This document shows positions 42,521 to 56,599 of a stretch of DNA of 64,000 bases, piece by piece; the first letter of the stretch is position 1; each line of letters opens with the position of its first letter. A program made the translations under genes and the position numbers. Location: assembly GCF_009914755.1 (NCBI RefSeq), contig NC_060941.1; one strand, 5' to 3'. The notes beneath the pieces are model-generated. The model was not told where the DNA came from. It saw only the letters and a program-made list of their open reading frames with translations, and did no database searches. Source of the stretch: the human T2T-CHM13v2.0 reference genome, Homo sapiens.

Positions 42521-44571
42521 ACAGAAGAGTAAGGGGTTTTGGACTGTTGCAGCTGGGAGGCAGTTTGAAATACTGAATAGGTCTCATCGAGAATGTGAGG
42601 TTTCAGTAAAGACTTGAGGAAGTTGAATGAGCTGATCAATGGATATATGGAGGGCTATATTTCCAAGCCAAGAAATTAACTAGAGTCTTGGTCATGAGAC
42701 AGCAGCATGTTGGCACGTCCAGAGGACAGTGAGGTGGCCAGGGCCACTGGTAAGATCAAGGGCGAAGATATAAAATAATTTTGGCGGTTAACATGCGACA
42801 GATCATGATGGGCTTGCAGACCATTGTAAGAATTGTGGCTTTAGTGTAAATGAAATGGGGAGACAAATCATTACCGCATTATCAATATTTTAATAAATTG
42901 GATCCATGAACCAAATCCAATGAGATTAAATCAATTAGTAATATGCAAATTTGTATTAAAATTACAAGAATTACTTGCACATTTGAGAACAGAAGAGTTA
43001 TGATTGTTTATCAGCAATAATAAACATTATTAATTTTAATTGTGATCAGCTAGTTGAGATTAATTGCAATACATCATGCTTTATAATGTGACTGTCAAAA
43101 GGAAAATATGATTGTAACCTTATACTACATCTATCAATGTCTTTGATTCATAGGACTATAGAGTAAGCCCCTAGTTTTCAAAGCCAACTTATGAGGCAGT
43201 GACATCTTAGGCAAGTTTGCTGCTTTCTGCCACAGTGGTCCTTGGTCAGCTGGCACAAATTGTTTTACAAACACCAGTCGGTCTAAAAAAAGTTTGGATC
43301 ACAATGAATACAGAAACATCTTCATCCCTTCAGAAATACCTATGAATTACTTCCAATACAGAATGAAAAATTGACAACGGAAATATGTTGATTGTAAAAA
43401 TGCCAGTTAGCTTGCATCTACATGAAAGAAAAATGCCATTTTTATTACCTTAGATCATTGTTTTACATGAGTTTTGGTATAGCACAATGTTGAACCAAGG
43501 GCAAAGAGAGATGAATTAATGAAGTCTTAAGATATCAAGAATTTGAAAGAAAAGGAAAGTCATCTTTGAAGGTTAGTGACATAGCATTCATCTTCTCTTG
43601 TCACCTTTTCCATGATTCCCTGTATGCCTGATGGACAGCTTTCACTCAAGTTCAGAGAACAGCATGCAAAGATTAGCTACCAATTATCTTTATGAAGTGA
43701 GCTTAATTTCTAGCCAGACTGAGCTTACATTTTAGCAGGAAGCATTTTTGGGAAATGTTTATGTTAGAGTTTGCCCTTCTTGACAAGGTGAGACATAAAT
43801 GTCTACCTTACAGACATGAATTAAGATGGGAATATATTTGGGGGAAACATTTTCTCAAATGCTAAATAACAAAGTTACACAAAGGGGAAATTATACTAGA
43901 TTTCTTTCCCGCTTGTTTTCTATGTCTCATGCAATTAACCTTGATTCCCTTCAGTTTCTGTTTAATGTAGAAAGTGGCATTTTCATTATTTTAAGCTTCT
44001 AGCACAACGAAAGAATTTCTCTTTTTCATGAACTGCATCATAAATGAAAGGGAGGAAGAGTGTCCTATATCATATTTATTGTTAAAGAAAACACTGCTCC
44101 ACGGCTTAAATTCCGTTTTAAAAAGAGAATTTATTGAACATCTAACACATACATAAAAGGCAGTAAAGACAAATGAGAAGGGGGCAGGTTATTGAAGTAT
44201 ACAGACTTTAATGCTGAGTTTTGTATTTTAGGAAGTTACTCCACCTTACAGAGGCTCAATTTCCCCTGATTTAGGAAGGCGATGCTAATGGGTATTGCAT
44301 TAGGTGTAAGTATAAAAATGTTGTATTTAAGAGAATCCCACAAGCTTGGTATAAGGCAGAAAATAAATAGATGTGACATTAATAAGTAGTTTATTACATT
44401 TGTATGCTACCTGAAGACTAGAGGCAGCAAGAAACACAGCCACTATGCTTGATTAGCATTATATTCTAATTTGGAATATAAGTAGAAAAGAGAAGAATAG
44501 AAAGCTATGCATAAACACATGCATTAAAATGAATTTTATGTGGACTCTTTCATGAAAATGTTCCTAAGGTA

Positions 44572-45210
44572 TTTTATTTTTTATTGTGGTAAAATACACA
44601 TAACATAAAATGTACTCTTAACCATTTTAAGTGTACAGTTCAGTGGTACTAGAGTCATAACATTGTGCAGCCATCCCTACCATCCATCTCCATAACTCGT
44701 TTCATCTTGTGAAACTGAAACTCTATACCCATTAAACAGTACTTCCCCATGCCTTCCTCCCCCCAGCTTCTGGCAACCATCATTGTACTATCTCTATGAT
44801 TCTGTCCACTTTAAGTCCCTTATACAAATGGAATTATACGGTATTTGTCCTTCACTGACTAACTTATTTCACTTGGCATAATATCCTCAAGTTTCATCCA
44901 AGTTGCAACATATGTCAGAATATTTCCCTCATGTTTAAGGCTGAATAATATTCCATTGTATGTATATATCATATTGTGCTTATCCATTCATCTGTTGTTG
45001 GACACTTCAATTGCTACTACGTTTTAGCTATTGCCAATAATGCTGGTGCAAACATGGATGTGCAAATATTTTTTCAAGACTCTGCTTTCAATTCTTTTGC
45101 TATCCTGAGATGTGGCGCTGCTCAATCATATGGCAATACCATTTTGATGTTTTGAGGAACTACCATACTCTTTTCCACAGCAAACATAGGGTTTGGCATT
45201 CCCTCCAAAA
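44572..45210 (-). mobile_element. L1MA/MB 3' end
   Basis: ttattgtggtaaaatacacataacataaaat...aaggctgaataatattccattgtatgtatata, an antisense L1 3' UTR. Confidence 0.85.
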
Positions 45211-47387
45211 CTGCAAAAGGAATCGCCACATCCTTGCCTGTGGATTTTATTCAGAAGTCCTGTGGCTCTCTCTACATCCCGGCCACCATGTGTTATTTCC
45301 TATTTATATATATGACATCAAAGGTGCAGGAAGTAATGAACTAAATTGGAAGGATAAACATGTAGAAAAATAGAGGTAAATACTGACTACATAAAACCAT
45401 AACAGTAAGAATTTTGGATGATCTATTATATACCTATTTATCTAACATCTATCTGTTCCTCCATCTGTAATTAAGATATATTACAGTTAGAGAACGGAGA
45501 AAAAAGTATGAATACATGAATTTAAATTTTAATTCTTCTTAGATTATCTCACAGCATCATTATATGAAAGAAAATTTATAGGTCAATATCTGTTAACTAT
45601 AAATGTAACATTCTTAAAGTATTCAAACACATTGAATTACAGTATGAATAATATATTACAATCCATTCAAGTTTATTTTATTCCAGGAACACAAAAATAC
45701 AGATTTCATTTGCAATTCAAAAAATCAGAAATCGATACATGATTGATGTACATACACATTTAATGTATTTTTAAATATACATTTTTAAAAAATAGACATT
45801 TTTCTAGAACAAATACTTAAAATATCACTGAAAATAGTGTTATTAGCTAATACCTTCTTAATAACTCTGGTATTACATAAGACATCAAAATTAAAATTTC
45901 AGATAAGCTTAGAAACTAAAAATTTTAAAAATACTATTCTGTTCTCCATATGTTCATATTTAATATTATTTCTTGTTTTCATTCTTCTTCAGTGTTGGTC
46001 TACTAAAATATAACATACAATACTTACTTTTGATTTCTGTTATTACTCAAAATTGTATACATTTTCTCATGCTCTTAATTTAGATATGCTACTTTTCTGT
46101 ACTCTTGGAATTTTCACATTTGTGTTCACTCTCTTTTGAGTTCCCATAGTAGCAAATAAGCTTTTTTCCCTCTTTCTGATTTGAAGGTTCATCTTCTCAT
46201 AATTATTTTGTCCACTCAGTTTCTTTTCATTCTCAGTTAAGTGCCTCTCATCTGGCTTCTTTTCATTTATAAGGTTTCCTTTCATCTTGAGCCAGTCTTT
46301 TATTTATATTTTGATTCTGTTTTGTGGAGGACATGCTTCCCTGAATTTTAAGGAAGAGGCCAAAAGGTTTGTTCAAGTTTTTACCTGATACATTGGATTA
46401 AATTATCTAATGTACACACTCTTAATTTAAGTCAGGGGGCGACTGTCTACTCTTGATTTTATATAGTATTATTTTTCTTAACATCCAAGTCCATCTTCAT
46501 CTATTTGTATATGATCAATAAAAATATATTTGTCCAGAACCCTGCTTTGGTGGAGTTACTTCTTTCTAAGTAGTAGAGGTAGCAGTTGAGACATGAGCTG
46601 GGTTCTGGGTCAGTTTAGCGGGCTGGGCGACATTCCTCCTTTTGGTCTGTATGACTGAATGAATGCAGTTCCTGCTGTCTCACTCCTCTCCTTAACACAT
46701 TGAGCCATTGCAGCAGATGAGAAGGAATAATCTTGATCTGCCATTCAGGTGGAACACATGTTCTCTCCAGCCACACCCATAGGTTGTACTCACACTCGGC
46801 CAGAAGGTATCCTGTCAATGATGGAGATGTATCTATATATCTAGATAGATATCTACTTTGTTTTATGCTCTCTGGTTGCCCATAAATTATCTCCTTAAAG
46901 TGAATATCAAAAGAGAGCTTGGTGATGGCAGTGTTATAAAATCCTCAAAATGCAGTACCCACACCCAGAGGAATTTGTAGATTCTGGCATTCTAATTCAG
47001 ATACCAAACTATATAAAAGGGGAATTGGTCATTGAGGGTTGCTAGGCTCTTTGTTGAGCATATTTGATCTTTTCATGACTTTGAAATTATTTTAAAAATC
47101 TAACCTTTTTCTCAGTGTGCTGCAAGATGATTTGATTTTAATGCATAAGCACTAATTCTCCCCTAAGATTTGTACAATATATTTGCTCTGACAAGCCATA
47201 GCCAGCAACTCACTTCACAGCAATTTATAGCATTTCCACCACAAGTTGAATTATTTTTAACTAGACTCTCTTTGCCTTAATAAAAGTATGAAGAAGCAAT
47301 ATACTTGTTCTAATTAGGTTCAAAAGTTGGCAGTCTCTCTCCTGGAAAGAATAATAAAACTTTTCAGCGGCCTAATATGCATCTATA

Positions 47388-47388
<1 letters not shown>

Positions 47389-47428
<40 letters not shown>
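47389..47428. repeat. (CA)~20 microsatellite
   Basis: Seen directly. Confidence 0.97.
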
Positions 47429-47431
<3 letters not shown>

Positions 47432-49186
47432 AGCACTATTCATAATATTTAAAGCACATTCTGTTCTATAACTTCATTTGTCTAGCACAAAATAAAACGA
47501 TCTCAGTATATGTCAAGTACCAATTTTTTCGTATGGCCAATTATAGACATTTTATTTTTTAAAGATTAGAGTGTTCTTGAAGCTCTATTTCTTTGTCAAA
47601 GAACTAAACATTGGCAAATATGTAGGGTTTCCCACATAAAAACATTATTAACATCAAAATAGAAAGCTGGTTGTAGAAATAATGATTGGGAACACAGAGT
47701 CTCTACTCAACGTTCTACTTCTGCCGTACCATAACTTTGTGATCTCAGGAAATATCTCTCCATGTTGTCATCTCTATGTATAGTTCTGTCATTTTTCAAT
47801 AAGAGCTTTTTGCTTAATTATGAAGTACTAGTTACTATAACCATTATTTTGAGCTTCATGTAAATCAGGAACACACGGACTCCACTTGCAAAACATTGAA
47901 AATGTAGTTAGGGATTGCGGGCATAAAGCAACATTTTAAAATGTGCAAAGACAATGAGTAAGCAACAAAGTGTCCAATTTTTTAGGGGAAAGTTGCATAG
48001 GTCAGGAAAAGGCAGGATTAAGTAACAGAGAATTTGAATGATAACTGGCCAATTGGTGTCATTTACAATTGCAAGTCATACAAATGAAGTTTGCTTTTTT
48101 AAAGAGAAAAGGAGTTATTTAGAATGGGTCAACCTATTGGGGAAGCAATGTAGTTAGAGACAATGCCCAAAACCATGTGAGCAAATGCTCTGTAGAGCCC
48201 ACCCCTGAAATGCTGCCATTGTGAGGCCAAGTCTCTCCTTGTCTTGGTACTGAGCCCTCCATTCTGCTTCCATCATTGCCACTGCAGCTGCCATAAAATG
48301 ATCCCTCAACCACCGCTGCCCAGGAACAAAGAAAGAATTCTGTCCTTCCGCGCTCTCAGATCAATTTCCAACATCAGGTGAGCCTTTGATGGGCACTATT
48401 CAGTTCCTATATCCATGACATAGATGCAGTAAAAACATAGAAATTGCCTATGTGTTTCCCAATAAGACACATATGGAAGCCTGTTTTCCCACAACAGGAA
48501 GGGGTTTGCACGATGGGTGTTCAAAGGAACAATATTCCATGTAAACCATACTTTGCCCATATGAAGAAAAGCAACAAGGATTATTTAGTAAATAGACATG
48601 GAACCTCATCCAATGTTGGCTGATGAGAAGCTGGTTAGCAAGGGGGTCTGCCTTCAGTTAGGACAAGGTCTGTGCTTCCCACGGGATCTCTCCACAGCAG
48701 GAGGGATGTAAACTTCCCTTTCTACCCTTGCACCTATCCTCAAATGGCCCAGAGGTCTTCAGGTTCTAGCATTTCTCAATTAATGCTGCACAAAATAACA
48801 GACAGCCTTGACTGTCACAGTCTGTTCTCATGAAGCTAGTCTCTGCTCACTACATAAAACAGGAGAGTAAGAACAAGGGTGTTTAACGCTACCCTAGCTC
48901 AAACATGTTTCTCTCTGTGGGATGCCAAGAACCTGGGAGCCAGTGCATCTGCTGCTTTCCCTTCTCGGATTCTCGCACAGACAAAAGAGGCAAGGGGCAT
49001 TTCTTCAGAGGCCTTGAGTTTCACTATACAATGACCCAGACTCTACATGCACCCTCTTTATATATTTCTACCTTGAAAAAAAATTTTATATAATATTAAT
49101 ATATATTTTTATATAACAAACACATGTTTATTTTATAGATAGATATAGATATACATAGATAAAGATCTCTAGTCAGCCTTTTTTAA

Positions 49187-49483
49187 GGCTGGGCTGATCG
49201 CAGTGCCTCAAAACTATAATCCCAGCACTTTGGGAGGCCAAGGTGGCCAGATCTCTTGAGTCCAGGAGATGGAGATCAGCCAGGGCAACATGGTGAAACC
49301 CCATCTTTACAAAAATTAGCTAGTATGGTGTCATGCACCTGCAGTCCCTGCTACTCAGGAGGCTGAGTTGGGAGAATCGCTTGAGCACAGTATGTGAAGG
49401 CTTCAGTGAGCTCTGATCACATGACTGCACTCCATCTTGGGTGACAAAGTGAGACCCTCTCTCAAAATAAAATAAAATAAAAA
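49187..49483 (+). mobile_element. Diverged Alu (J-like)
   Basis: Dimeric Alu with an (aaaat)n tail. Confidence 0.85.
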
Positions 49484-50766
49484 GCCTACCACCATACTCA
49501 CAGATAAGTGTGTCAGGTATATTTGCAGCTATCTTTCCTATATTCTATTTGGTAAAAAAAAAATTGCAAAGAACTCTTCTCATTCTAGATTTTTGTATTA
49601 ATTAGACACTTGAAGGTTATAGCAGAAGATCTATAATCATGTTTTGTGTGTGTACTCTATAGACCAGATAGTGCAAACAGATATCAATGCTTTTTAAAAG
49701 TATATAAGGTTATTAGAAATATTTTAAACTACCTATAGGTATATATGTATCTAATTGAGCTATCAAATGCAAGTAAAATCATTTCCTTAGCGTGTGAAAT
49801 CCACTCAATTTATTAAAATATTTTCTAATATCTATTACAATATTTAATTAGCTAACATAAGAGGAGTTTTAAGACATTTATTTATATGTACTTACTAGAT
49901 TCAAACTCGATTCCACTATTTTCAGAAATTATGCTGAGACAAATCCTTTTTTTATCTATGTTTCTGCCCATATTAAAAGACAGATATGTCAATTTTGCTA
50001 ATCATGCTGTTCTAAACCTCTCCATCCTGATTATTTTTCGGTTTGTTCTACCAGTCATTCAGAGACTTACTTATATTCAAATTTCTCTCTAGGTTTAACA
50101 TTTGTGTATGTCTTCTTGTGGTTTTGTCTATTTTTGCTGTATATAATTTATTTCATTGACATATATCATACATGCAGAAAAGTACAATGATTAAATATGG
50201 ATAGCTTAACACATGTATTTGCTTAGAACCATGTATGAAAATAGAACAGTACTAAAAATAGTGATACTTGTCCTGCCCCTTTCCAAACACTAACCCTCAT
50301 CCTCAATAGTAACAGATTTTTTTTTTTTTATCATAATTTGGTCTATTTTCAAATTTTTATTAAATAAATCAGAGTATCTACTCTATGTTTCTTTCATTGT
50401 TGTTATTTTGCTTATAGTATTTATCTGCTAATGGACATGGTAGATTAAAGACGGCTACATACACATTTTTTAATTAATAGATTTTTTGAGCACTTTGTGG
50501 CTCATGCCTCTAATCCCATCACTTTTGGAGGCTGAGGTGCGTGGATCATGAGGTCAGGAGATCGAGACCATCCTGGCCAACGTGGTAAAACCCCTTCTCT
50601 ACTAAAATACAAAAAATTAGCTGATAGACTAACATCAAGATAACATCTGGGTTTTTAGCTGCACTGAGTCAAGCCTACTTACATCTTTGTCTTCCGCTGC
50701 ACTTTTCCTTCCACATCACACTCCAGGAATGCCAAGCTGTGCTAGCCTTCTACCCCATTTCCACTA

Positions 50767-53294
50767 TTTTGTCCCGGCCGCAGCGGGTTTTTGTGGCTTT
50801 TTGCCACCGCGGCTGTTTGCCCCCACCGCCGCGGGTTTTTGCCGCCGCGGGTTTTTGCCGCTGCAGCTTGTTGCCGCCGCGGCTTGTTGCCCCCGTCGCC
50901 CCGGCTTTCTCCCCTGCCGCCGCAGCTTGTTGCCCCCGACGTCGCGGCTTTTTATGGCTTTTTGCCCCCGTCGCCGCTCCTTTTTGCCTCCGCCACCGCG
51001 GGTTTTTGCCACCGCGGCTGTTTGCCCCCGCCGCCACGTCTTTTTGTCGCCCCTGCTTTTTGCCCCCGCCGCCACGGCTTTTTCCCCTGCGGCCGCAGCT
51101 TTCTGCCCCCACCGCCGCGACTTTCTGCCCCCGTCGCCACAGCTTTTTGCCGCTGCGGCTTTTTGACCCGCCGCCGCGGCTTTTTGCCCCCGCCGCCGAG
51201 GCTTTTTGCCGCCCCGGCTTTTTGCCCCCGCCGCCCCGGCTTTTTGCGGCTTTTCGCCCCGCCGCCGCGGCTTTTTCCCCCCCGCCGCCGCGGCTTTTTT
51301 CTCCCCGCCGCCGCGGCTTTTTTCTGCCCCGCCGTCGCGTTTTTTTTGCCGCTTTTCGCCCCCGCCGCCGGGGATTTTTGTCCCCGTTGCCGCGGGTTTT
51401 TGCTCCTCCCGCCTTAGGTTTTGGCCGTTGTGGCTTTTTGCCCCCGCCGCCGCGGCTTTTTGCGCCCACCGCCCCGCCTTTTTGCTCCCGCCAGCGCGGC
51501 TTTTTGTCCCCGCCGCTGCGGCTTTTTGCCCCCCCCGCCACGGCTTTTGCCGACGCGGCTTTTTCCCCCCGTTGCGGCTTTTTGTCCCCGCCGCCGCCGC
51601 TTTTTGCGGCTTCTTGCTCCCCCCCCGCCGCGGCGGCTTCTTCCTCCCCTCCCCCCAACGCCGCGGCGGCTTCTTGCTCCCCACGCCGCGGGTTTTGGCC
51701 GCCGGTGGTTTTTGCACCCGCCTCCGCGGGTTTTGCTAACGCGGCTTTTTGCTTCCCGCCGCCGCCCCTTTTTGTCCCCGCCGCCGCGGCTTTTTGCGCC
51801 CCGCGCCGCTGCTTTTTTTTCGCTCCTGCCGCCGGCGCTTGTTGCTCCCGCCGCCGCGGCTTGTTGCCCTCGCGGCTTTTCCCCCCCGCCGCCGCGGCTT
51901 TTTGCTCCTCCAGCCGCAGGTTTTGGCCGCCGTGGCTTTTTGTCCCCGCCACCGCGGCTTTTTGCCCCTCTCCCTCCACGGGTTTTGGCCGCCGCCGCCG
52001 CCGCAGCCTTTTGTCGCCGTGTTTTTTTCCCCCGCCGCCGCGGTTTTTTGTCCCCGCCGTCGCGGCTTTTTGCAGCTTTTTGTCCCCGCCGCTATGGGTT
52101 TTGCTGACGCGGCTTTTGACCCCCACCGCCAGGGCTTTTTGCCCCCGCCGCCACGGATTTTTGCCCCCGCCGCCGCGGCTTTTGCCAACGTGGTTTTTGC
52201 CAACGCCGCCGCGGCTTTTTTCCCCGTCGCGGCTTTTTGTCCCCGCCGCCGCCGCTTTTTGCCCCCACCGCCGCGACTTTTTGTTCCCCCCGCCGCGGGT
52301 TTTGGCCGCCGGTGCTTTTCGCACCCGCCGTCGCCGCAGGTTTTGCCAACGCGGCTTTTTGCCCCCAGCGCCGCGGCTTTTTGCTTCTCGCCCCCGCCCC
52401 TTTTTGCACCCCGCCGCCACGGCTTTCTGCCCCCGTCTCCACAGCTTTTTGCCGCTGCGGCTTTCTGACCTGTCGCCGAGGGTTTTGGCCGCCGCCGTCG
52501 CGGCCTTTTGTGGTTTTTTGCCCCCGCCGCCGCGGCTTTTGGCCCCCGCCGCCCGGCTTTTTGCCGCCGCGGTTTTTGCCCCCGCCGCCGCTGCTTTTTG
52601 CGGCTTTTCGCCCCCGCCGCCGCGGCTTTTTGCTTCCAGCCGCCGCCCCTTTTTGTCCCCGCCGCCATGGCTTTTTGCGCCCACCGCCGCGGCTTTTTGC
52701 TCCCCGCCGCCGCGGTTTTCTGCCCCCGCCGCCAAGGCTTTTTGCTGCTCGGGCTTTTTGCCCTCGCCGCCGTGGCTTTTTCCCCCGATGCCGCGGCTTT
52801 TGGCCCCCGCCGCCACTGCTTTTTGTGGTTTTTTGCCCCTGCTCCCGCTGCTTTTTGCCCCCGCTGCTTTTTGCGGCTTTTCGTCCCCGCCGCCGGGGCT
52901 TTTTGCTCCCCGCCGCCGCGGCTTTTTGCTCCCCGCCGCCGCGGCTTTTTGCCCTCGCTGCCGCTGCTTTTTGGGGCTTTTCGCCCCCGCCGCCGCGGGT
53001 TTTTGCCGCCCGGGCTTTTTGCCCCTGCCGTCGCGACTTTTTGCCCCCGCCGCCGCGGCTTTTGCCCCCGATGCCGCGGCTTTTTGCCCCCGGACGCCGA
53101 GGCATTTTGCCGCCGAGGCTTTTTGCCGCCGTGGCTTTTTCCCCCCGCCGCTGCGGCTTTTTGTGTTTTTTTGCCCCCCGCTCCCGCGGCTTTTTGCCAG
53201 CGCCGCCGCGCCTTTTTCCCCCGCCGCCGCCGCTTTTTGCCGCCGCAGCTTTTTACCCCCGTCGCCGAGGATTTTTACCCCCGCCGCCGCCGCT
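50767..53294. repeat. GC/CpG-rich degenerate tandem repeat with ~22-bp unit GCCGCCGCGGCTTTTTGCCCCC (GGGCAAAAAGCCG, CAAAAAG-type pericentromeric repeat)
   Basis: Seen directly over ~2.5 kb. This motif class is known from hominoid pericentromeric duplication boundaries. Confidence 0.95.
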
Positions 53295-53811
53295 CTGAGG
53301 GCGGGAGCGGCAGACTTGGCCGCCAGCTCCACTGGCGTCCTGGCAAGGGCAGCGCCGAGGGGCGCTCCTGGTCCAGCTCCCCCGGCTCGGGAGTGTATGA
53401 ATGCTTTGTGTTCTCACAAAGAGAATGTAGCACCCATGTCCTACCTGCTTGGTTGCATTGCCGGTGCCCACGGTAGTCCATTTTATCCAGGTTTTTAGGT
53501 TTTGTTGTGTTTCGTTTTGTTTTTTTCTTTTCAGGAGAGTTAGTCCAAGACTAATAACTCCGTAACTGGTAGAATTGGAAGACTTTAATAGTGCTTAACG
53601 TTTTGTACATAGCTTTATAAGTTTTCTTTTTTTCTGATTCTTTTCAATATACCCCGTCATGGTTGAACTCAGTCATTGCTTATTTAAAATCTATAACTGC
53701 TGACGTTTTGTAACCTTCGCATTCCAGATAATTGGTTTTTTGTGTATTTTCTGTATTTTTCTCCATCAGTCTACCTAGATATTTGTTAGATGTAATATTT
53801 TAATATATTAC

Positions 53812-54790
53812 TAGCAGTTACTCCCCATTTCCCCCTTTTCCCAGCCCCTGGCAACCACTAGTCTATTCTCTGTCTCTATGGACTAGCATGTGCCAAATAT
53901 AAAAAAAAAAAACAGAATCATATGTGACCTTTTGTGTTTGGCTTCATTTATTTAGCATGTTGTCCTGATTCATCCATGTCGTATCTTGTGTCAGCACTTC
54001 ATTACTTTATATGCCTGAATCCCATTGCATGAATATACTATGTTTTGTTTATCCATTCATTAGTTGATGGATATTTGAGTTGTGTTCATTTTTTGACTAT
54101 GATTAATAATGTACTGTGATGAGATTCATGTACTCGTTTTTGTGTGGACGTATTTTTACAATTTTCTTTATATATCTGGTAGTGGGCATATGGTACATCT
54201 ATGTTTAAATTTTTGAAAAACTTCAAAACTGTTTTCGAAAGTCTCTGTACCATTTTATATTATTACCAGCAGTGTATGGAGGTTCCATTTTTTCCTACCT
54301 CCTTGCTAACATCTGTTATTTTCCTTTTTTAAAAAAATATAGCCATCCTTGTAGATGTGAAGTGGTATCTAGTTTTCATTTGCATATCCTTAATGACTAA
54401 TGATGTTGAGCATCTTTTCATGTGCTGATTGGCCATTTGTATATCTTTTTAGAGAAATCTTCATTTAGATTGTTTGCTCATTTAATTGGGTTGTCTTTTT
54501 GTTATTCTAAGAATTCTTTATATATTCTGGACATTAGTTCCTCATCAGATGTATGACCTAATAGATATTTTCTCTCATTCTGTGGGTTCTTTTCACTTTC
54601 CTGATGGTATCCTCTGAAGTACAAAAGTTTTGAATTTTGTTAAAGTCCAGTTTGTTTTTTCCTTTTGTCAGTCTTGCATTTAGTGTTGTATCTAAGACCC
54701 ATTGCCTAATTCACGGTCACAGATTTATACCTGTGTTTTCTTCTATAAATTTTATAGTTTTACCCCTTATATTTGGGTCTTTGATCCTGA
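53812..54790 (-). mobile_element. L1MB-like 3' region
   Basis: cccagcccctggcaaccactagtctattctctgtctctatgga, ctaatgatgttgagcatcttttcatgtgc and gttctttatatattctgga-like motifs. Confidence 0.85.
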
Positions 54791-56204
54791 TAGTGTTTTT
54801 TTTTGGTGAACAGAATTTGTTTAGGTTTTATATGAAAACCCACTGGGGCTATTAAGGTAGTTTTACTATATTATCTTTAGAAGTTTTATGGTTTTGCTTC
54901 TCATCTTATTCTTAATCCACTGGAAACTACATGTTGTATAGTCAGTGTTCATTTATATTTATTCACATTATTTGTCTTCTTACGTACTCACCATTTCTTC
55001 TTGAAACTCATGACTTCCATCTAGGGGAACACCCTAATACTGAAAAACATCTCTTAGAATTTCCTTTAGTGAAGGTCTCTTAGTTAGCAAATTTAGTATT
55101 TGTTTGGTTTTTATGACTTAAATATTGTCTTATATTTGGCCTGTTTATTAAAAGATATATTAATTTCATATGTGATTATTTTTTCTTAGTACATTGTCTT
55201 CTTGCTTCCATTTTTAAGACATTAGCTCTTGGTCTAAATCCATATTCTTTCATGGATAATGTGAATTTTTTCTCTGGTTGTTTTCAATATATTCTTTTCT
55301 TCAGGGTTCCGTTATTTTTATGATGATACATTTAGGTATTTTTTTTTCCTTTTAAATCTGTCCAACTTGAGCTTCCTGAATATGAAGGGTGGAATTTTTC
55401 ATCACTTTGGGAAAATTCCAAGCCATTATCTTTTTTACAAAACCTTTCTAACAGTTTATTGTTCTGCTTATGTAATCCTGTTAGTTGTAATATCTTATCA
55501 CTCTTGTCTTCCATGTCTCTTGTTTCTTCCTTATTTTTTACTTCTTTGGGCTTCCTTCTGAGCAATTTCTTCAGCCTGTCTTCCAGTTTACATTTTCCTT
55601 TTCAATTATATGTAATCTGCTGTCAAATCTGTCTTCAATTTCAACAATTATGTTTTTATTTCTGGAATTTCTGTTTGGCTCCTCAAATCTGCCTGGTCAT
55701 TTTTTAAAATGTTTTTTTTTTTTGCTTTCATTGAGTTGTATTAAATTTTTATTATATGCCCAACAATTCTAATTAAGTCTTTATTGGTTTGATTTTGCTG
55801 AGTCTCTTTTCTTTTGTCTTTATTTTCTTTACTTGTACTATGTTAATAATCTAGTAATAACACCAACTAAATCACATGATTGTTTTATGAATTGAGATAA
55901 TGAATATATTGCATAATATCTGGTACGTAGTAAATGTACATGCAACCCGTTATAATAATTAGAAATAATGAAATATAATGTATGATTATTAGGAAATGTA
56001 CCAGAGCCACAAATTTCATTGAGCGATATAAAAGACAACTAGAGAAAACAAAAATATGCCATAGCTGGATGGAAACAGTAATAATAATGTTGTGTGTTCA
56101 TCTTCGACTAAATCATGTCTCATACAATTTCAATAAAATTCCAATTAAATTTATTTTTAAAACGTGGCAAATACATTGTAAATTTAATGTAAAAGAACAA
56201 ACAG

Positions 56205-56511
56205 GGCCAGGCTCAGTGGCTCAACCTGTAATCCCAGCACTTTGGGAGGCTGAGGTGGGCATATCATGAGATCAGGAGATCGAGACCATCCTGGCTAACA
56301 CGGTGAAACCCCATCTCTACTATAATACAAAAAATTAGCCGGGGGTGTTTGCAGACGCCTGTAGTCCCAGCTACACAGGAGTCGGAGGCAGAAGAATGGC
56401 GTGAACCCAGGAGGAGGAGCTTGTGGTGAGTGGAGATCACGCCACTGCACTCCGGCTTGGGCGACAGAGAGAGATTCCATCTCAAAAATAAAATAAAATA
56501 AAATAGAAAAA
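56205..56511 (+). mobile_element. AluY-like element
   Basis: gagatcgagaccatcctggctaacacggtgaaacccc and gaatggcgtgaacccagg. Confidence 0.85.
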
Positions 56512-56599
56512 GAATTTGTGTCTTGTTTCCTCATTAATGTTGGTTGAAAGCATGTTTGCACTTGTCTTTGAGTTGTGTTTTATTAACATTGATTGGCAT

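Noticed and set aside
50687-53498. 919-aa, 860-aa and other long overlapping ORFs
   Set aside because: They arise in several frames on both strands of a low-complexity repeat that lacks stop codons by composition; no domain is recognisable.
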